IMG/VR virus record: IMGVR_UViG_3300033073_001153
Span: 1-64,000 of that record
Length of the DNA: 64,000 bases
Reading direction: 5' to 3' (one strand)
Source: a virus
Lineage: Duplodnaviria; Caudoviricetes
The notes below the pieces were generated by a model. It had not been told where the DNA came from. It saw only the letters and a list, made by a program, of their open reading frames with translations, and made no database searches. The translations under genes and the position numbers were made by a program. Shown in pieces: positions 50,100 through 59,423 of the stretch (its first letter is position 1; each line of letters starts with the position of its first letter).

Positions 50100-51224
50100 A
50101 TGTTTAATAAAGGATTTTATTTCGAAATACATGATCTATTGGTGCAATTTGTCGCAGCAATGGACGATGTTATTATTTCTAGATATGATAAAAATCGTGA
50201 AGAAAAAGAACAAATAAAAGTTCGATATGTACATGCTCCTGTACAACGTGTTCTTTTAGATATAATAAATAAATCTCAGAATATAACTGTTCCTGTAATA
50301 GCAGTAAATATTACTTCTATTGATAGAGACGAAAGCCGGGTTTTTAATAAAATAGAAGGATTTTATAACTCAGCAACACGGGGAGTAAATAGAACTACTC
50401 CAAGAGTACCAATGCCAATTCCAGTTAATCTTGGTGTTGCTGTGACTATATTAACGAATTATCAGAGTGACATGGATCAGATTCTTTCGAATTTTGTTCC
50501 ATATTCTAATCCTTATTTGATAATTTCTTGGAAAATTCCTTTTGAGTTTGGTTTACCGGAATTATCAGAAATACGTTCAGAAGTATTATGGAGTGGTTCT
50601 ATTTCAGTAGAACAACCAGTTGAATTACAATCCACCGATAAACCTAGATTTCAATCTTCAACAAATTTTACTATAAAAGGTTGGTTATTTCCTGCCGCTG
50701 CTAAAGATACCACTAAAACCATTTATTTCATAGATTCGAATTTTCACTTAACAAATAGAATTAAATTAGATTATGATTTAGTTCCTACATTAAGTTCAGA
50801 TTTAAAAGAAATGGATACTATATCTATTTCAGCAGCACCATTGTTGACAAATATATATTTATTAAACAATAATGGATCGTATCCTGTAGAATTAGTAGGA
50901 AATTCTCAAATAATAAAAACAAAAAATCAAGAACTATCATTCAACATATTAGGAGAAATGCTTCAATATACCACTTCTATATTGATAAGCACTAATGAAT
51001 CTAATATGTATCAAAATTTGACTTCTTTTAATTTTGAATATTATCCTTCATTAAGTGGATTTGTTGTTCCTAGTTCTTATTATACTATAATGGGAGAAAA
51101 TGTAATTCATTTAACACTTCCGCCTTTATCCGCACAAGGAAATTTGAGTATTGCAGTTGTTAATCCAATCGGCTGGAAAGACACAAATTCTATAAATACA
51201 TTCTTAAACTATATTTCTGCATAG
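50100..51224 (+). CDS. gp15: Tail sheath stabiliser/terminator (T4 gp15-like) with a C-terminal extension
   Basis: FYFEI...F...I.RYD...IKV.Y..AP; P.PVNL; DMDQILSNFVPY..P; FTIKGWLF. Confidence 0.8.
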   Translation: MFNKGFYFEIHDLLVQFVAAMDDVIISRYDKNREEKEQIKVRYVHAPVQRVLLDIINKSQNITVPVIAVNITSIDRDESRVFNKIEGFYNSATRGVNRTTPRVPMPIPVNLGVAVTILTNYQSDMDQILSNFVPYSNPYLIISWKIPFEFGLPELSEIRSEVLWSGSISVEQPVELQSTDKPRFQSSTNFTIKGWLFPAAAKDTTKTIYFIDSNFHLTNRIKLDYDLVPTLSSDLKEMDTISISAAPLLTNIYLLNNNGSYPVELVGNSQIIKTKNQELSFNILGEMLQYTTSILISTNESNMYQNLTSFNFEYYPSLSGFVVPSSYYTIMGENVIHLTLPPLSAQGNLSIAVVNPIGWKDTNSINTFLNYISA

Positions 51225-51242
51225 TACAGAGTAAATAGATTC

Positions 51243-54200
51243 ATGGCAGAAATTAATGGATCTACATCCTTTAGACAAGAATTGATGAATTATATTTCAT
51301 CTAAACTTCCGTATTCAGGAATTGATACCACTCAAATGGTTCAAAATTTAAATCCAAAGTATCGTTACTTCGAAGATACTGGAATGAAACGAGCAGAAGT
51401 TCTGTCACGTCATTCGGTTTCGCAAAATTTTGATTTTAATAACGAAACAGTAGGAACTGTATCATCAGATAAAAGATACAGTGAAGTGATGTATGCCAAC
51501 ATCCAAAAGGATAAATTGGCTCGTGTTAAAGATTATCGAATTATGGCAGCTTTCTCAGAAGTTGCAAACGCACTAGATGAAATTTGTGATGAAGTTATTA
51601 ATACAGATTCTCATACAAGTAGTTGTTTAAAATTAAAATACAGAAATATAAATCTTTCGGATTTCCAAAAAGAAACCATCGAAAAAGAGTTTTATAAATA
51701 TACAAATTACTTTGATTTTGAACACAAAGGCTGGAGTTATTTTCGTCAGTTATTAGTAGAAGGAGAGATTTATTGGGAACATATTATTCATAAAGATTAT
51801 GTAGAAGAAGGAGTTTTAGGTGTTGTTCAAGTTCCTACTGAATTAATTGATCCAGTATTTTCTAATGTTCAAAATGTAATGGTTAAAGGATATTTGTATC
51901 GTAAGCCTAAATTTGATCCGAATAATCCATTAAAACAAGTTGGTATTGATTATATCCCAATGGATAAGAATCAAATTACTTATGTACATTCAGATGTATG
52001 GAATGAAAGTAAAACGATGCGTCTTCCATTTTTGGAAAATGCTCGTAGAGCTTATCGTCAGTTGTCGATGATTGAAGATTCGATCATCATTTATCGCTTG
52101 GCTCGTGCTCCAGAACGTTTAGTGTTTAATGTTGACGTTGGTAATATGCCAGCACCAAAAGCAGAAGCATACCTTCGAAAATTAATTACAAATTATTGGT
52201 CTTCTAAAACATATGATCCAGATCAAGCTGGTATTGTACAAAAATTTAAGCCACAATCAATTCTAGATAACTTTTGGTTTGCAAAACGTGCAGGATCAGA
52301 AGGAACAAGTGTAACACAATTGGCTGGGGCATGTTTAGCTATGGATACTAAAGTTCCATTATTGGACGGGAGAACTTTAACTATAAGCGAAATTGAGCAA
52401 GAAATTAAAGAAAATAAGAAGATTTGGGTATACAGCACAAATCCAAAAACGGGTCACGTAGCTCCCGGTTTAGTTACTTGGGCTGGCGTTACTCAAGAAG
52501 AAGCTGAAGTGTATAAACTTACTTTTGATAATGGAAAAGAATTAATTTGTACTCCTGATCACAAATTCCCAATTTTAGGAAAAGGATTTGTAGAAGCAAA
52601 AGATCTAGAAATAGGCGAGAGTATGATACCTTTTTACACTAAGAACGAAAAAATTAGTAAAAAAGCGAATGAATATGAAATGGTATATCAAAATGATACC
52701 AAAACTTGGGAATATACCCACAGAATGGTAGCTAATTTCTTCAAAAATGTTAATGAACATGAGGAAATGACATATTCCGAAAAATATGAGAATCATAAAA
52801 AAACTGTGATTCATCATAAAGATTTCAATCGTTTTAATAATAATCCCGAAAATCTTGCCTATATGAACTTCAAAGATCATATGGCCTATCATATTGGGAA
52901 TGGAGAACATACTAAAATAGTATGGGCGAAGAGAACTGAAGAAGAACGAAGAATTATAGGAGAGAAGCAATCCAATGGAATTAAGGAATATTTCTCTTCA
53001 TTATCTGATCAAGAAAGAGAACACAGAGCAAATATTTCCAGAGAAAATGGAAAATTGGGTCCAATTGCTTTAGGAGAAAAGCTAAAAGATTCTGAATTTA
53101 GAAAAGAATATGGATCAAAGATAAGCAAATCTAATAAAAAAAGATTTGCGGATATGAATCAAGAAGAAAAAAATTCTTATTTTTATAATAGTTATGTAAA
53201 AAACTTACAAAGTGAAAAATATGTAAATAATTTAAAAAAGTTGACAGAAACACAATCTTTGATTTTTGATGATAAAATTTTAAAATTTGTTATTGATCAA
53301 GTTAGTGGAAAAACTACTCACGAAGTAACTAAAGAAGATTTGTGTGATATTATCAACAATAATCCAGAAATTCTTGGTCATTTCTTGAAGTTGAATGAAG
53401 GGAGACATATTAGAAATTGGTGCGGCACTAAGATTTCAGTTACCCATTTTTCACCAATGGTCAAGAGCTTCGGATACAAAACATGGAAACAATTCCGTAA
53501 AGAATGTGAACTATTCAACCATCGTTTAGTTAGTGTTGAAAAACTTCCAAATAAGATTCAAGTAGGTACATTGACGATTGATAACGAAGAAAAATATCAT
53601 GATTATCATACGTTTGCCCTTGATTGTGGGGTATTTACGAAAAATTCGAACCTTGGAGAGCTTAGTGATTTAATGTACTTCGTTAAGAAACTTTATCAAT
53701 CTTTGAAAGTTCCTACTACTCGTTTAGATCCACAAGATGCTTTTCGTGATGGAGCTGACATGCTTCGTGAAGAATTAAAATTTGCACGTTTTATTATTCG
53801 TTTACAAAATATTTTTGCGAGTGGATTAAAGAATGGATTTATTACACATTTACAATTAAAAGGAATGTGGAAAGAATATGAATTAAAAGAAGAGACAATT
53901 CATATTGAATTTAATGTTCCTACAAACTTTTACGAATTGAGAGAAAGTCAAAAGCTAGAACTTAAAGTACAAAACTTTGGTTCGTTAGCATCTAATGAAT
54001 CTATTTCTCCGTCTTTTGCACAAAAGAGATATCTAGGATGGACTGATATTGATATTAAAGCTAATCGTGAATTCTTACGAAAAGATAAAGAATTGCGTTG
54101 GGAGTTGACTCAGATTGAAAATATGGGTCCAAACTGGAAACAAGCCGTAGCTGCTCAAGCAGAAGCAGGAGGTGCCCCCGGTGGTGGAGGAGCACCTCCA

Positions 54201-54365
54201 AGTGGTGGTATGGGAGGAGGAATGGGAGGTGGAGGAGGAATGGGTGGAATGGGAGGAGCACCACCTACACCAGAAGGAGGAGAAGAAGGAGCACCCCCAC
54301 CAGAAGGTGGTACAGAATCTCCACCACCAGCAGAAGGAGCACCGAAAGCAGAACCAGCAGTATAA
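51243..54365 (+). CDS. gp20: Portal protein (T4 gp20-like) interrupted by an intein; Gly/Pro-rich C-terminal tail
   Basis: YRIMA..SEV..ALDEI, MIEDSIIIYRLARAPER.VF.VDVGNMP..KAE.YL, FWF, YFVKKLYQSLKVPTTR, REELKF. Confidence 0.96.
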   Translation: MAEINGSTSFRQELMNYISSKLPYSGIDTTQMVQNLNPKYRYFEDTGMKRAEVLSRHSVSQNFDFNNETVGTVSSDKRYSEVMYANIQKDKLARVKDYRIMAAFSEVANALDEICDEVINTDSHTSSCLKLKYRNINLSDFQKETIEKEFYKYTNYFDFEHKGWSYFRQLLVEGEIYWEHIIHKDYVEEGVLGVVQVPTELIDPVFSNVQNVMVKGYLYRKPKFDPNNPLKQVGIDYIPMDKNQITYVHSDVWNESKTMRLPFLENARRAYRQLSMIEDSIIIYRLARAPERLVFNVDVGNMPAPKAEAYLRKLITNYWSSKTYDPDQAGIVQKFKPQSILDNFWFAKRAGSEGTSVTQLAGACLAMDTKVPLLDGRTLTISEIEQEIKENKKIWVYSTNPKTGHVAPGLVTWAGVTQEEAEVYKLTFDNGKELICTPDHKFPILGKGFVEAKDLEIGESMIPFYTKNEKISKKANEYEMVYQNDTKTWEYTHRMVANFFKNVNEHEEMTYSEKYENHKKTVIHHKDFNRFNNNPENLAYMNFKDHMAYHIGNGEHTKIVWAKRTEEERRIIGEKQSNGIKEYFSSLSDQEREHRANISRENGKLGPIALGEKLKDSEFRKEYGSKISKSNKKRFADMNQEEKNSYFYNSYVKNLQSEKYVNNLKKLTETQSLIFDDKILKFVIDQVSGKTTHEVTKEDLCDIINNNPEILGHFLKLNEGRHIRNWCGTKISVTHFSPMVKSFGYKTWKQFRKECELFNHRLVSVEKLPNKIQVGTLTIDNEEKYHDYHTFALDCGVFTKNSNLGELSDLMYFVKKLYQSLKVPTTRLDPQDAFRDGADMLREELKFARFIIRLQNIFASGLKNGFITHLQLKGMWKEYELKEETIHIEFNVPTNFYELRESQKLELKVQNFGSLASNESISPSFAQKRYLGWTDIDIKANREFLRKDKELRWELTQIENMGPNWKQAVAAQAEAGGAPGGGGAPPSGGMGGGMGGGGGMGGMGGAPPTPEGGEEGAPPPEGGTESPPPAEGAPKAEPAV
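52332..53645 (+). mobile_element. Intein (438 aa) containing an HNH homing endonuclease, in the portal
   Basis: Starts CLAMDTKVPLLDG, block B ICTPDHKF, HNH YTHRMVA...VIHHKDFNRFNNNPENL, ends YHTFALDCGVFTKN, Ser +1; exteins rejoin as TQLAGA-SNLGELSD. Confidence 0.93.
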
Positions 54366-54373
54366 ATAACTAA

Positions 54374-55156
54374 ATGAATGTATCATTTGGTGACTTTTAT
54401 AACAACCCATCATCTGTTGATGCTTTGTATTTTAAAGCATTAAAAGATGATAATATGGATATGGCTGATATGTTGGTAAAACAAGAAGCCAAGAAAAAGG
54501 GTTATTATATTGGTCCAGTATATCATGGAACACAGAAAGCGTTTCACGGACATAAGTTCGATTTAAATATAACTGCAATGGGTAGATATGACCCATCAGC
54601 AGCTAGAGGTGTGATTTCATTTGCATTTGATGAAGAACTTGCACAATCATATGCGGGTATGCTTAGAGAAAAGCCAAGCTTTGGTTTAATATATAAATGC
54701 TATTTAAAATCAGAAAAGATAGCAGATTTTACAGATCCAGCATTTGTAAATTATTATGTACAACAATCGGTCAAATGGCATTTAGAATGGTTGTTGACAA
54801 AAGCAAATAAAAAAGCTTGGAAACTATTAGATAGTGAAGGTAATTTAGATGAAAATGCAGTTAAAGAACGTCTAAGAAAACATGCAATTGAGAGAAGAGA
54901 GTATATAAGTCATGGAGATTGGGGCTTTATGGAAAGTCCCAGTTTGTTGAAAGAAAAGGGTTATGATGCGTCTTTCATGAGAGAAAGCAAAGGACATTCC
55001 CGTGCAGATACAACTAATATATGTGTGTTTAACCCTAATCAAGCAAAACTAGCAGATACCATAACTTACGACAGAAATCCTGAAAATTTAAGAGAAAAGG
55101 TTCCAATACCACTATCTAAACGATTTGATTCTTCTACAGATGATTTCAGATATTAA
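54374..55156 (+). CDS. ADP-ribosyltransferase-like protein of the polyvalent-protein type
   Basis: VYHGT, ISFAFDEELAQSYA, YKCYL, KGYDA, VFNPNQAK, C-terminal IPLSKRFD...DFRY; TAAATA at 54363-54368. Confidence 0.7.
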   Translation: MNVSFGDFYNNPSSVDALYFKALKDDNMDMADMLVKQEAKKKGYYIGPVYHGTQKAFHGHKFDLNITAMGRYDPSAARGVISFAFDEELAQSYAGMLREKPSFGLIYKCYLKSEKIADFTDPAFVNYYVQQSVKWHLEWLLTKANKKAWKLLDSEGNLDENAVKERLRKHAIERREYISHGDWGFMESPSLLKEKGYDASFMRESKGHSRADTTNICVFNPNQAKLADTITYDRNPENLREKVPIPLSKRFDSSTDDFRY

Positions 55157-55180
55157 AATGTAATTTGATTAAATAATTAT

Positions 55181-56356
55181 ATGTCTTGTGCTAATTTAAC
55201 TCCATTATCCGCATTTCAGAATACTAATCTGAATAATAAAATGGATTCTTTTGATAAGTTGGCGCAAAGAATCGTAAGGACTCTAGGAGCACCACTAGTT
55301 TCAGTAGAAATTAGTCAAGATCAGTTATTTGATAATATATCACAAGCTTGTGAATTCTTTACAAAGTATGCTGGATATACTAAAGAATATCTAGTTATTG
55401 ATTCTACTTTGTATGAAAAAGGAAGAGGACTACCCGTTGACAAGTTATATACACTTGCTAACAAAAATATTTCAGAACCAAATAAAGTAGCTCATCGTAC
55501 ACAATCTAGAGATACTGCTCCTTACATACATAGCGAAGACACTTTTTATATTTCTGCTTCTGCTCTTAATAAAGCTTTCTTTTCTATTAATTCTGAATTA
55601 TCTGGATTGTTTGTGGATGGATTAGAAAGAAATGTTATTTTAGATTATTCTACTTACAACAAATTAGTCACTGCATTTGCTGCTGATCCTACATTAAATG
55701 TAATACCAATTTCAACTTATTTTATACCATCTTATAGTCAAAACATTAGTATGCAAGGAGTGGTAGATCAAAACCAACCTACTGTAATCTATAATAATAT
55801 GTTTGATTATGATGCTATGGATTACAGAAAAGTAATAGCAGTCACAGATTTTCAAGAAGGCGCATCTACCGGCATTAACACTTTGTTTACAATTGAACAA
55901 ACTCTTGCACAACAAACTTACTTTAGTTATGCAATGGGCAACTACGGATTTGATTTGATTAGTTGGTACACTGTAAAACAGTGGTTAGATACTCGTGAAA
56001 AGGTATTAGCTACTAAGAGATCATTTGAATTTGATGATAGAACTCAAATTCTAAGAATATATCCAGAACCCACAGATTCAGTAAGATTTTATGGAGTTAT
56101 TTATTGTTACGTAGAACGTCCAATACGTGACATTATTAAAGAAATGTGGGTATATCAGTATGCACTAGCTTTAACAAAAATAACAGTAGGAATGGTGAGA
56201 GGCAAATTTAGTGGTGTGAATTTATTTGGTGGTCAAGTATTCAACAGTGATTTAATGCAACAAGGATTAACTGAAAAAGAAAAATTAGAAACACAATTAT
56301 TTACTACTGCGGCAGCTCTAGGCGATTCCGACCCCTGTATTTTTATGGTTTCGTAG
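55181..56356 (+). CDS. gp13: Neck protein (T4 gp13-like)
   Basis: RTLGAPLVSVEISQDQ, WVYQYALALTK...G.VRGKF.GV.L.GG. Confidence 0.88.
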   Translation: MSCANLTPLSAFQNTNLNNKMDSFDKLAQRIVRTLGAPLVSVEISQDQLFDNISQACEFFTKYAGYTKEYLVIDSTLYEKGRGLPVDKLYTLANKNISEPNKVAHRTQSRDTAPYIHSEDTFYISASALNKAFFSINSELSGLFVDGLERNVILDYSTYNKLVTAFAADPTLNVIPISTYFIPSYSQNISMQGVVDQNQPTVIYNNMFDYDAMDYRKVIAVTDFQEGASTGINTLFTIEQTLAQQTYFSYAMGNYGFDLISWYTVKQWLDTREKVLATKRSFEFDDRTQILRIYPEPTDSVRFYGVIYCYVERPIRDIIKEMWVYQYALALTKITVGMVRGKFSGVNLFGGQVFNSDLMQQGLTEKEKLETQLFTTAAALGDSDPCIFMVS

Positions 56357-56383
56357 ACGTAATATATTTATTTTCAAATACTT

Positions 56384-56950
56384 ATGAAAACATTATACAA
56401 ATTATTTTTAATACTTTGCTTAATGATTTCTGGTTGTGCATCACCTACGGCAAATTATACGAAATATCAAAAACAAATTGATATGAAACAACAAAAGCTT
56501 CAAGAAGATGCCAAAGATTTCATAGCAACTGCTAAAAGTATTTTAAATAAAACAGATTTAAAAAGATCCGAAATAAAAAGAGCTATATCTATAATTGAAA
56601 AAAGCCAAACACTACTAGGTGCAAAAGTAGACGACGGATCAGAATTCAAAGATTTAACAATAGAAGCACAAGACAAAGCAATAGAAGAAAAATTCGAGGA
56701 AAGTAAAAAAGACTTAGAAAAAATAGAAACACTAGAAGAAAAAGAAGAAGAACTAGTATCTGAAATAGTAAATGATAATGTCAAAAACGAAATTATAAAG
56801 AATTACGAAAGAAAAAAATCATTTAAGTTTTATACAATCCTTTTAACTATTTTAGGAGGAATTGGAACATTAGCTTATTTCTTTCCTACACAAACTATTA
56901 GTATAGGATTAAGAATATTCGGTTTTGTTAAAAACTTAATATTTAAATAA
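56384..56950 (+). CDS. Lipoprotein with a coiled-coil body and C-terminal TM helix (u-spanin-like topology)
   Basis: Signal peptide with lipobox MISG-C18; TM segment FYTILLTILGGIGTLAYFF. Confidence 0.6.
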   Translation: MKTLYKLFLILCLMISGCASPTANYTKYQKQIDMKQQKLQEDAKDFIATAKSILNKTDLKRSEIKRAISIIEKSQTLLGAKVDDGSEFKDLTIEAQDKAIEEKFEESKKDLEKIETLEEKEEELVSEIVNDNVKNEIIKNYERKKSFKFYTILLTILGGIGTLAYFFPTQTISIGLRIFGFVKNLIFK

Positions 56951-58465
56951 TTATTTTATGTAAAAGAAATTTTTAAAGGATTCTAATTTAGTTTCATTTC
57001 TTTTTCTGGAGTTTTCCATAGCTTCTTCTTTATCTTGTTTAGTAAATTTTACTGGATTTTCGTAAGTAAGAAAATTGGCAACAATTCTATATGGTGCTCC
57101 TTCTAATGTAGTTAATTGATTATATGAACAATTAAATTCATATGCAGATTTAGGAGATCCTTCTAGTGTAGTTAATTTATTATAACTACAATCAAAATAG
57201 AATGTTTGCTCCGGCGATCCTTTCAAATTAGTTAAATTATTATAAGAACAAATAAAATTTTCAACCTTTTGTGGTGCTCCTTCTAAAGAAATTAATTGAT
57301 TGCCTCCACAATAAAACCCTCCATCAACTTCTTTTGGGGCTCCTTCTAATGAAGTTAAATTATTATTACTGCAAGTAAAATCTCCTATAATTTTAACATT
57401 TGATAAATTGGGTAATTTATTTAAAAATATATCGTTTAAATATACATCTCCTTTTATAGTGTTGTTTTCTATTCTTTTGATAGTTTCTTCTATATATTTT
57501 TTTTGTTTTGGTAATATTTGCGTATAATATATATTTTTGAATTCTTCGCTATCTTCAAAATAATACTTATCTATTGGATACAAAGAATTCATATTTTTCC
57601 ATTTTACCATTCCTATATTTTCACCGTCATGCTTAACAATATAATCTTTATCTTCTATAAATTCTCTACACGCTTTACGATATCTTTCGCTGACTACTCT
57701 GTTAGCTGGACCTTTTATTTGAACTATTACAAATTCTCCATCTTCAGGATCTTCTTGTAATTCAAATGTTGCTACCGGATGATTGTATTCTTTTGGATCT
57801 CTTAAAGAATATATTTCAAGTTTATGTTTTTTATATTCTTTGAAGTACCTACTTTCCCCTCCTTCTACACTAGTTACTTGGCTTTCTCCTTCTGCTTGTC
57901 CCACACAGTGTCCCATATACATACTCTCCTCACGAAATGACTTATTAGATGTCAATTCCCAAACTGGATATCCATCATAAATTCCAACTACTTTGTAATC
58001 TATTCCTTCTACACTTTGTAGTTTGGCTTTCTTAGCCTTCTCTGCTGATCTAGCCATTTCTTCATCCCATTTTTGAACTTCTTCAAACATTTGTGGAACG
58101 GTAACTTTATACAAAGATTTTAAATAATTATCATCTTTGGTATTCAAAAAATCTATTAAATGACTTAGACGATCTTTATATTCAGAAGTAAAATTATTAA
58201 ATTGAAATATACCTTCTTTCTTAGACCATTCAGGATCAGTTTCTTTTGCTGTATACTTTGAAATAAATGGTGTTTTTATATTATCATCAGCCGGTGACTG
58301 AAACCATTTAATATAAGTTTTCAAAAACCAATTAACTATTTCGGGCTTCTGTACGTTCTTTTCTTTTAATAGTTTTTCTAATTCTAAATGTAAGGGATCT
58401 TTGGAAATCAAATTAGCTTCGTGTAAGCTAGAGTACTTTTCCCAAATTAATACAGAATCATTCAT
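56951..58465 (-). CDS. PcfJ-like domain fused to C-terminal leucine-rich repeats
   Basis: EES.YMGHCVG, IYSLRD, PVATFE, QIKGPAN; five CSYNxLTxLEGxP repeats; late promoter at 58472-58477. Confidence 0.75.
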   Translation of the reverse strand: MNDSVLIWEKYSSLHEANLISKDPLHLELEKLLKEKNVQKPEIVNWFLKTYIKWFQSPADDNIKTPFISKYTAKETDPEWSKKEGIFQFNNFTSEYKDRLSHLIDFLNTKDDNYLKSLYKVTVPQMFEEVQKWDEEMARSAEKAKKAKLQSVEGIDYKVVGIYDGYPVWELTSNKSFREESMYMGHCVGQAEGESQVTSVEGGESRYFKEYKKHKLEIYSLRDPKEYNHPVATFELQEDPEDGEFVIVQIKGPANRVVSERYRKACREFIEDKDYIVKHDGENIGMVKWKNMNSLYPIDKYYFEDSEEFKNIYYTQILPKQKKYIEETIKRIENNTIKGDVYLNDIFLNKLPNLSNVKIIGDFTCSNNNLTSLEGAPKEVDGGFYCGGNQLISLEGAPQKVENFICSYNNLTNLKGSPEQTFYFDCSYNKLTTLEGSPKSAYEFNCSYNQLTTLEGAPYRIVANFLTYENPVKFTKQDKEEAMENSRKRNETKLESFKNFFYIK

Positions 58466-58471
58466 ACAGAT

Positions 58472-58483
58472 TATTTATAAATA
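58472..58483. promoter_or_regulatory. Palindromic double late promoter TATTTA-TAAATA
   Basis: Serves ATG 58465 (minus strand, 6 nt) and GTG 58489 (plus strand, 5 nt). Confidence 0.8.
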
Positions 58484-58488
58484 TCTAT

Positions 58489-58944
58489 GTGCTTTCTTTA
58501 AAAAAAGACGAAAGATTTAAACAGGGATATTTCAAACCTAAAAATCCCGAAAAGTTCATGGGAAAAATTGCCGTGTTTCGTTCGTCTTATGAACGTAAAT
58601 TTCTTCTATGGGCTGATAACAACCCAAACGTAATCGAGTGGGGGTCGGAAAATATCCAAATTCCCTACAAAAGTCCTGTGGATAATAGAATACACAGATA
58701 TTTTGTAGACAATTACATAGTCTTGAAAGAAGGAGATAAAATTAAAAAATATCTCATAGAGATAAAACCGTATAAACAAACCATAGCTCCTGTCTCTTCT
58801 AAAAAGAAAAAGAAAACTACAGTATTATACGAAAATGTTCAATGGGCTGTTAATCAAGCCAAATGGGAAGCTGCTAAAAAATATGCAAACGACAGAGGAG
58901 CCGAATTTATCATATTAACAGAAAAAGAACTGTTTCCAAGTTAA
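58489..58944 (+). CDS. gp4: Head completion nuclease (T4 gp4-like, TnsA-type fold)
   Basis: QGYFKPKNPEKF, FRSSYE, WGSE...IPY.SPVD...HRYFVD, LIEIKP.KQT, VNQAKW.AA. Confidence 0.92.
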   Translation: MLSLKKDERFKQGYFKPKNPEKFMGKIAVFRSSYERKFLLWADNNPNVIEWGSENIQIPYKSPVDNRIHRYFVDNYIVLKEGDKIKKYLIEIKPYKQTIAPVSSKKKKKTTVLYENVQWAVNQAKWEAAKKYANDRGAEFIILTEKELFPS

Positions 58945-58952
58945 ATAAATAT

Positions 58953-59423
58953 GTGAGTTTAATCGATGAATTGTACGATGAAAAATCGGCAAAATTAATC
59001 AAAGTACTTTATTCCGAAGATCCAGAACAATTGTATGTTACCTTTGGTACTAAGATTTTAGAAAAAAGTGATGTTTTTCTAGCTTCTAAACCACTAGATA
59101 TTATTACACTTCTCTGTATGACTGCTAGTTTTGCAGAAAACAAAGAAGAATGTCATGATGTAGCAATTATTGTGTTTAATGGATTAAAACGTAAAGATCC
59201 ACTTCCGTATGTATTAGATGATCGTGGATTTCTTCTAGCAGAAAAAACTCTGGTAGCACTATCATTCTTTAAATCCGCAATGGATAAAAGAGCTAAAAAA
59301 GGGGCACCTCCTTCTGAGTTTTATAGACAGCTATCTAAGCAATTATTTATAAAAAATAATCAAGAAAACATCGCAGAACATCACGAAATGTGGGAAAGCT
59401 TTCTTTCTGAAATTTTTATTTAA
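58953..59423 (+). CDS. Hypothetical late protein
   Basis: GTG start 5 nt after TAAATA at 58942-58947. Confidence 0.65.
   Translation: MSLIDELYDEKSAKLIKVLYSEDPEQLYVTFGTKILEKSDVFLASKPLDIITLLCMTASFAENKEECHDVAIIVFNGLKRKDPLPYVLDDRGFLLAEKTLVALSFFKSAMDKRAKKGAPPSEFYRQLSKQLFIKNNQENIAEHHEMWESFLSEIFI

Noticed and set aside
54061-54413. GC-rich patch with several overlapping short ORFs
   Set aside because: Explained by the Gly/Pro/Glu-rich C-terminal tail of the portal protein.
57070-57380. Diverged repeats as a possible diversity-generating retroelement TR/VR pair
   Set aside because: They are in-frame LRR units, differences are not adenine-restricted, and no reverse transcriptase is present in the window.
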